Source: Deltaproteobacteria bacterium (lineage in GTDB: Bacteria > Desulfobacterota_D > UBA1144 > Nemesobacterales > UBA2774). From it: a stretch of 64,000 nt of DNA. This document shows, piece after piece, positions 60,107-64,000 of the stretch (position 1 is its first letter; each line of letters opens with the position of its first letter). The notes under the pieces were generated by a model, which made no database searches, was not told the DNA's origin, and was given only the letters and a program-made list of their open reading frames with translations. Made by a program: the position numbers and the translations under genes. The stretch spans positions 59,321 to 123,320 of the forward strand of contig JAVKFU010000013.1 of the NCBI GenBank assembly GCA_040223695.1. The letters are read 5' to 3'.

Positions 60107-60308
60107 ATCAAATTAATAAACTAAATCCTGTTTAAAATCAATCGCCAGGTAAGGATTGCGGGTAGGCTTCCATCGGGTGTTAGTTCAAGGAATCAAAACC
60201 GTCGATACGCACGGGCGCTCGAGAAAGAGGGAGCGTACCGCGATTGGGACCGGGAAACATGACAAAAACTGATTGACAAAACCTAAACAACCTGCGTAAT
60301 ATCTTTCT

Positions 60309-61025
60309 ATGTCCGATATTTCCATTGAAGAAATAATAAAAGAAGCCAAAAAAAGAAAAATAGACCTTGGAAGCGATCCCGAAAAAACAATAAAAATGTG
60401 CTCCAGACTGGGTCTAATACCCAAACCCAGGAAAAAAAGATCCGCGTCAAGCGGAGTGACCAAGACCAGGCTCTTATTTCCGAAATCCGTTATAGATAAG
60501 CTTGCCCATATAAAAGCCCTTAAATCAGAGGGTCTCAGCCTTGAAGAGATCAGGGACAGCTTTGCGCTCGAGTATGTCCAGGGGGCGCTAAAAGACCTGC
60601 TGGACAACGCGGATGATGAAAAGGTAAAGGAGCTTGCAAATATTATAAGCAGGGAAAAGGAGCTTGAGTCGATCGTGGAAGCGCCGCTCGTCTATTTGAT
60701 TGAGGGGATGTCTCCGGAGGAGGCTAAAAAACTCCTCACACTGTTCTGCGGGGTGGGTTATTACGCGCTGCTTGAGGCGCAGAAATCTCTTGAAAAATTC
60801 AAGTTTAACGACGCGAGAAGAGCTCTGTTCAAGGCTATATTCTATAACTCAATAGCCGTACTCAGACTGGCGCGCACAACAGGTGACTCCAAGCTTGAAG
60901 AAACGGCATTCGAGTTTTATGAGAAGACCGTAATAGAGCCGATCGGAAAAGCGAGCGAGCGGGTGAGAAAAGAATTCATAAATTCTTTTGAAAAATACTT
61001 GAAGGACAAAGGGTTAACGAATTAG
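60309..61025 (+). CDS. Hypothetical protein with a possible MerR-like HTH segment
   Basis: LFPKSVIDKLAHIKALKSEGLSLEEIRD resembles the wing/dimerisation start of MerR-family HTH domains; weak. Confidence 0.4.
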   Translation: MSDISIEEIIKEAKKRKIDLGSDPEKTIKMCSRLGLIPKPRKKRSASSGVTKTRLLFPKSVIDKLAHIKALKSEGLSLEEIRDSFALEYVQGALKDLLDNADDEKVKELANIISREKELESIVEAPLVYLIEGMSPEEAKKLLTLFCGVGYYALLEAQKSLEKFKFNDARRALFKAIFYNSIAVLRLARTTGDSKLEETAFEFYEKTVIEPIGKASERVRKEFINSFEKYLKDKGLTN

Positions 61026-61056
61026 TAAATTTATATCTATCCCGAAGTCGGTTCTA

Positions 61057-61332
61057 TTATAAATTCATACAATTGTGTATATGTTCCGACATACTTTTCA
61101 CCGTTTCAAAAAACTCGGGCGTTATTTCACTCTCATCCAGCTTCACACGGAATTCCTCCTCAAGCGCTACTAAAAGCTCCAGCCTGGCTACGGAATCTAT
61201 ACCCACACCGAGTTCGATAAGCGGCTGGTCATCCCTTATTTGCCGGGGGTTTATTTCATCCGGCAGACTTAAAGCCAGAACCTTTTTTACTCTCTCAAAA
61301 ATATCTTCACGCATCCTACGATCCTTATGCAC
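61057..61332 (-). CDS. Acyl carrier protein-like (phosphopantetheine attachment site GIDSV)
   Basis: About 80-90 aa acidic four-helix-type sequence with a DSV serine motif; 4 nt downstream of the AMP-ligase gene. Confidence 0.7.
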   Translation of the reverse strand: MHKDRRMREDIFERVKKVLALSLPDEINPRQIRDDQPLIELGVGIDSVARLELLVALEEEFRVKLDESEITPEFFETVKSMSEHIHNCMNL

Positions 61333-61335
61333 CGT

Positions 61336-62808
61336 TCATTTAAGCTTTTCCCTCAGAACCTTGCCCGTAGGGCTTCTGGGAAGCTTTTCGCGAAATTCTA
61401 TAACCTGCGGAATCTTGTACTCGGCTATCTTGCCCATGCAAAAACCAATGACATCCCCCGATTCAATAATATCATCTGAAACTATAACGGCCTTCACCCG
61501 CTCATCCCCGTTTTTATCCTTTATCCCTAACACTGCAGACTCGTTTATTTTCGGATGCGTCGACAGAATATTTTCAACCTCCGCGGGATCGACCTTATGC
61601 CCGCCGACATTTATAAAAAATTTCTTTCTTCCGAGAATATAAATAAACCCGTCCCCGTCGATCCTGCCTATATCCCCGGTAAAGTAGTAACCGTCTCTGA
61701 AAACCTTTGTCGTCTCATCGGGAAGCCCGTAGTAGCCTGTAGTCATAGACGGACTCTTTACAGCTATCTCCCCTGTTTCTCCCTGACGGACTTCCACGCC
61801 ATCCTCGTTAAATAGCTTTACCTCCACATTTCTGACAGGCCTTCCTACGGAATCGAATCTGTTCTGTATATCCTGAGCCATATTAATCGAGATAACTCCT
61901 GTTTCGGTAGAGCCGTAGAGCTGTCTCGGATATATGGAGAACCTCTCGTGGAATTTATAGAAAATCTGCTTCGGCAGGGGCGCCCCTGCCGAAATAACGA
62001 GATTGAGGGAGGAGAGATCCTTGGGCTCGGACAAAAATGTTTTAGCCAGCACATCGAGTATCACAGGTACCGCCGGGAAAACTGTAATTGATTCCCTATC
62101 CAGTAGATCAAGCACACTGTGCCGGTTAAATTCAGCCAAAACGACAATCTCCGCCCCTGTTTTGACCGCGCTTATAAAATTTCCGAATCCATAAGTATGG
62201 GAGATCGGGATTGTGAATAATATCCTGTCTTTCTCGGTCCACCCTACGGTATCAGTGTGATTGTTCGCCAAAGCCGTGAGATTGTAGTGAGTACGAGCGA
62301 CCCTTTTCGGCTTGCCGGTCGAACCGGTGGAGTAGAGATAAATGGCCTCGTCTTCGGGACTTATAACCGCGTCCACGGGATAGTCGGGACTCTTTTGTGA
62401 GAACTCCCAGTCGACATTATTTCCTTTAACTACCCTAACGGCGGTATCCGTCATAGCGCAGCACTTTGCGGCCAGGGGTTTGAGCCTTTCTTCCGTGACC
62501 AGAATCCTTGGGCTTGAGTGCTCTATATAGAATCCGAGCTCTTCCTCTTTAAATACGCTGTTAATCGGAACCGAAACCGCGCCAATCGAGGCGGCGCCGA
62601 AAAAAGCGGCTACAAACTCAACTGAATTTGGAAGGAATATTGCCACCCGGTCCCCCTTCTCTATGCCCTTTGATAAAAGGTAGGATGAGAAATTCCTTGC
62701 CATTCGGCCCAGGTCCCCGTACGTAACCCTCGTATCGCCCTCGACCGCCGCAGTAAGACCTGTGAATCTATCAACCGACGATTGAAACAGCTCGGATACA
62801 GTGCTCAT
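61336..62808 (-). CDS. AMP-dependent synthetase/ligase (acyl-CoA or acyl-ACP ligase-like)
   Basis: YSTGSTGKPKRV AMP-binding motif, GYGSTE-like and a C-terminal lysine motif. Confidence 0.85.
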   Translation of the reverse strand: MSTVSELFQSSVDRFTGLTAAVEGDTRVTYGDLGRMARNFSSYLLSKGIEKGDRVAIFLPNSVEFVAAFFGAASIGAVSVPINSVFKEEELGFYIEHSSPRILVTEERLKPLAAKCCAMTDTAVRVVKGNNVDWEFSQKSPDYPVDAVISPEDEAIYLYSTGSTGKPKRVARTHYNLTALANNHTDTVGWTEKDRILFTIPISHTYGFGNFISAVKTGAEIVVLAEFNRHSVLDLLDRESITVFPAVPVILDVLAKTFLSEPKDLSSLNLVISAGAPLPKQIFYKFHERFSIYPRQLYGSTETGVISINMAQDIQNRFDSVGRPVRNVEVKLFNEDGVEVRQGETGEIAVKSPSMTTGYYGLPDETTKVFRDGYYFTGDIGRIDGDGFIYILGRKKFFINVGGHKVDPAEVENILSTHPKINESAVLGIKDKNGDERVKAVIVSDDIIESGDVIGFCMGKIAEYKIPQVIEFREKLPRSPTGKVLREKLK

Positions 62809-62824
62809 ATTCTGCTCATTCTCC

Positions 62825-63862
62825 TTACGGATAAAGGCTCGTAATATTCAGCGACTCGGTTTCAGGGAAATCGAACATTATGTTCATATTCTGTACGGCC
62901 TGGCCCGCTGCTCCTTTTAGAAGGTTGTCCAGGGCGACTATGGAAATAAAAACATCCTCCCGGAACCCCAGGCCTATGCCGCAAAGATTCGAATGGCTTA
63001 CGTGTTTGAGTTCCGGAAACCTGCCCCTCCCGTATAGCCTGATAAACGGCTCGCCCCGGAAAAAATCGTTATAAAGTCCGTAGATATAGTCCGGATCGGC
63101 TTTTCTATTTAACCGCGCATAGATAGTTGTCAGGATGCCACGGTTAACCGGAATTATGTGCGGGAGAAACGTTACCTCATAGTCCGAATCGGAATAACCG
63201 GAGAGAACTTCTTCCATCTCAGGCCTTTGATTGGCGGAAGCGGCTGAATTTACACGTGAATTTTCGTTTATTTCGGGGAAATGATGCTCAAGGGTGGGGG
63301 CGCGTCCGCCGCCTGAATCACCAGATTTTGCATCGGCAATTAAGGTATTCTGTTTTATTAACCCATTTTTTACAAGGGGCGCCGTTCCCAATATAACTCC
63401 GGTTGAATAACACCCGGGGTTCGCGACAATGCGGGCGCCTCTGATCTCCTCTTTGAATAATTCCGGAAGTCCGTACACGGCCTCTTTTAAAATCGCTCTA
63501 AATTTATGCCTGGTCTTAAAGAGACCTTCGTATACGTCAATCCGGCTGAATCTGAAATCGGCGCTGAAATCTATTACCCGCGCCCCGGAATCGAGCATCT
63601 TTGAAGCAAAGTGCATGGATGTTCCCTGAGGAAGACATGAGAATGCCAAATCAACCTTCTCAAGCTCTTTTAACCTTGCGACACTCCTGCATTCTGTATC
63701 CAGGAAATTGCGGAGATGCGGGAAAACCTCCTGAATTTTGCGCCCGGCAAATTTCTCGGATGTAAGCCAGACTACACTTACTCCAGGGTGATTTATCAAA
63801 AGCCCCAAGAGCGCAGCGCCCGTATAACCTGTGGCTCCGAGAACACCGACTCTTATCTTCAC
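62825..63862 (-). CDS. argC: N-acetyl-gamma-glutamyl-phosphate reductase
   Basis: GATGYTGAALL NAD(P)-binding site, active-site ANPGCYSTG, and C-terminal DNLLKGAAGQAVQNMNIMF, all matching ArgC. Confidence 0.9.
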   Translation of the reverse strand: MKIRVGVLGATGYTGAALLGLLINHPGVSVVWLTSEKFAGRKIQEVFPHLRNFLDTECRSVARLKELEKVDLAFSCLPQGTSMHFASKMLDSGARVIDFSADFRFSRIDVYEGLFKTRHKFRAILKEAVYGLPELFKEEIRGARIVANPGCYSTGVILGTAPLVKNGLIKQNTLIADAKSGDSGGGRAPTLEHHFPEINENSRVNSAASANQRPEMEEVLSGYSDSDYEVTFLPHIIPVNRGILTTIYARLNRKADPDYIYGLYNDFFRGEPFIRLYGRGRFPELKHVSHSNLCGIGLGFREDVFISIVALDNLLKGAAGQAVQNMNIMFDFPETESLNITSLYP

Positions 63863-64000
63863 GCTAACTCACCTGTACCCAAAAGCTTGAAATAGTATGT
63901 TTGAAAAGTTAACTTGTTAGTCGCGCACATGCACCAAAATATACGGATTATAATATCATCTCTAATAGTAGCAGCTTTTTCCTTAAACCTCGTTCTTTAT

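Noticed and set aside
60185-60607. 140-aa minus-strand ORF overlapping the 60309-61025 + strand gene
   Set aside because: Ser/Leu-rich shadow frame. The + strand ORF has more protein-like composition, though itself only weakly supported.

Overview
This is a bacterial chromosomal segment of about 50% GC. The phylum cannot be assigned from sequence alone; it is not a typical E. coli or Bacillus arrangement. Core housekeeping genes dominate. The 5' end carries a partial dnaE on the minus strand, followed by ftsY-ribD-nadD-rsfS on the plus strand. Next is a complete, tightly packed division/cell-wall (dcw) cluster on the minus strand: mraZ-rsmH-ftsL-ftsI-murE-murF-mraY-murD-ftsW-murG-murC-murB-ftsQ-ftsA-ftsZ, with no ddl. 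It has a recognisable sigma70 promoter and three 10-bp-spaced direct repeats, the putative MraZ operator, in front of mraZ. murJ is divergent from mraZ. The remainder contains a secreted GH5 glycanase with a tandem-duplicated carbohydrate-binding tail, then a TPR protein, aroQ, recJ, an SPFH protein, the glycine-cleavage operon gcvT-gcvH-gcvP, an acyl-CoA ligase, def, a secreted acetolactate decarboxylase, a cyclase, a NifS-like cysteine desulfurase and a THEP1-type NTPase. Further on are a novel 24-cysteine secreted repeat protein, glycerate kinase, a CdaA diadenylate cyclase fused to a YbbR/CdaR domain, a DUF2237 protein, and an MshEN(c-di-GMP-binding)-acidic linker-receiver protein. The 3' end carries a sigma54-driven glnB-glnA pair, an isolated nuoJ-nuoK-nuoL trio, nth, a sigma-70-family sigma factor, and an argC-AMP ligase-ACP operon. 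No rRNA or tRNA genes, CRISPR arrays or obvious mobile elements were seen. The most unusual material lies in the accessory patches: the GH5 insertion next to the dcw cluster, the Cys-rich repeat protein, the second-messenger neighbourhood at about 46.5-51.3 kb, and a His/Tyr-rich secreted protein.
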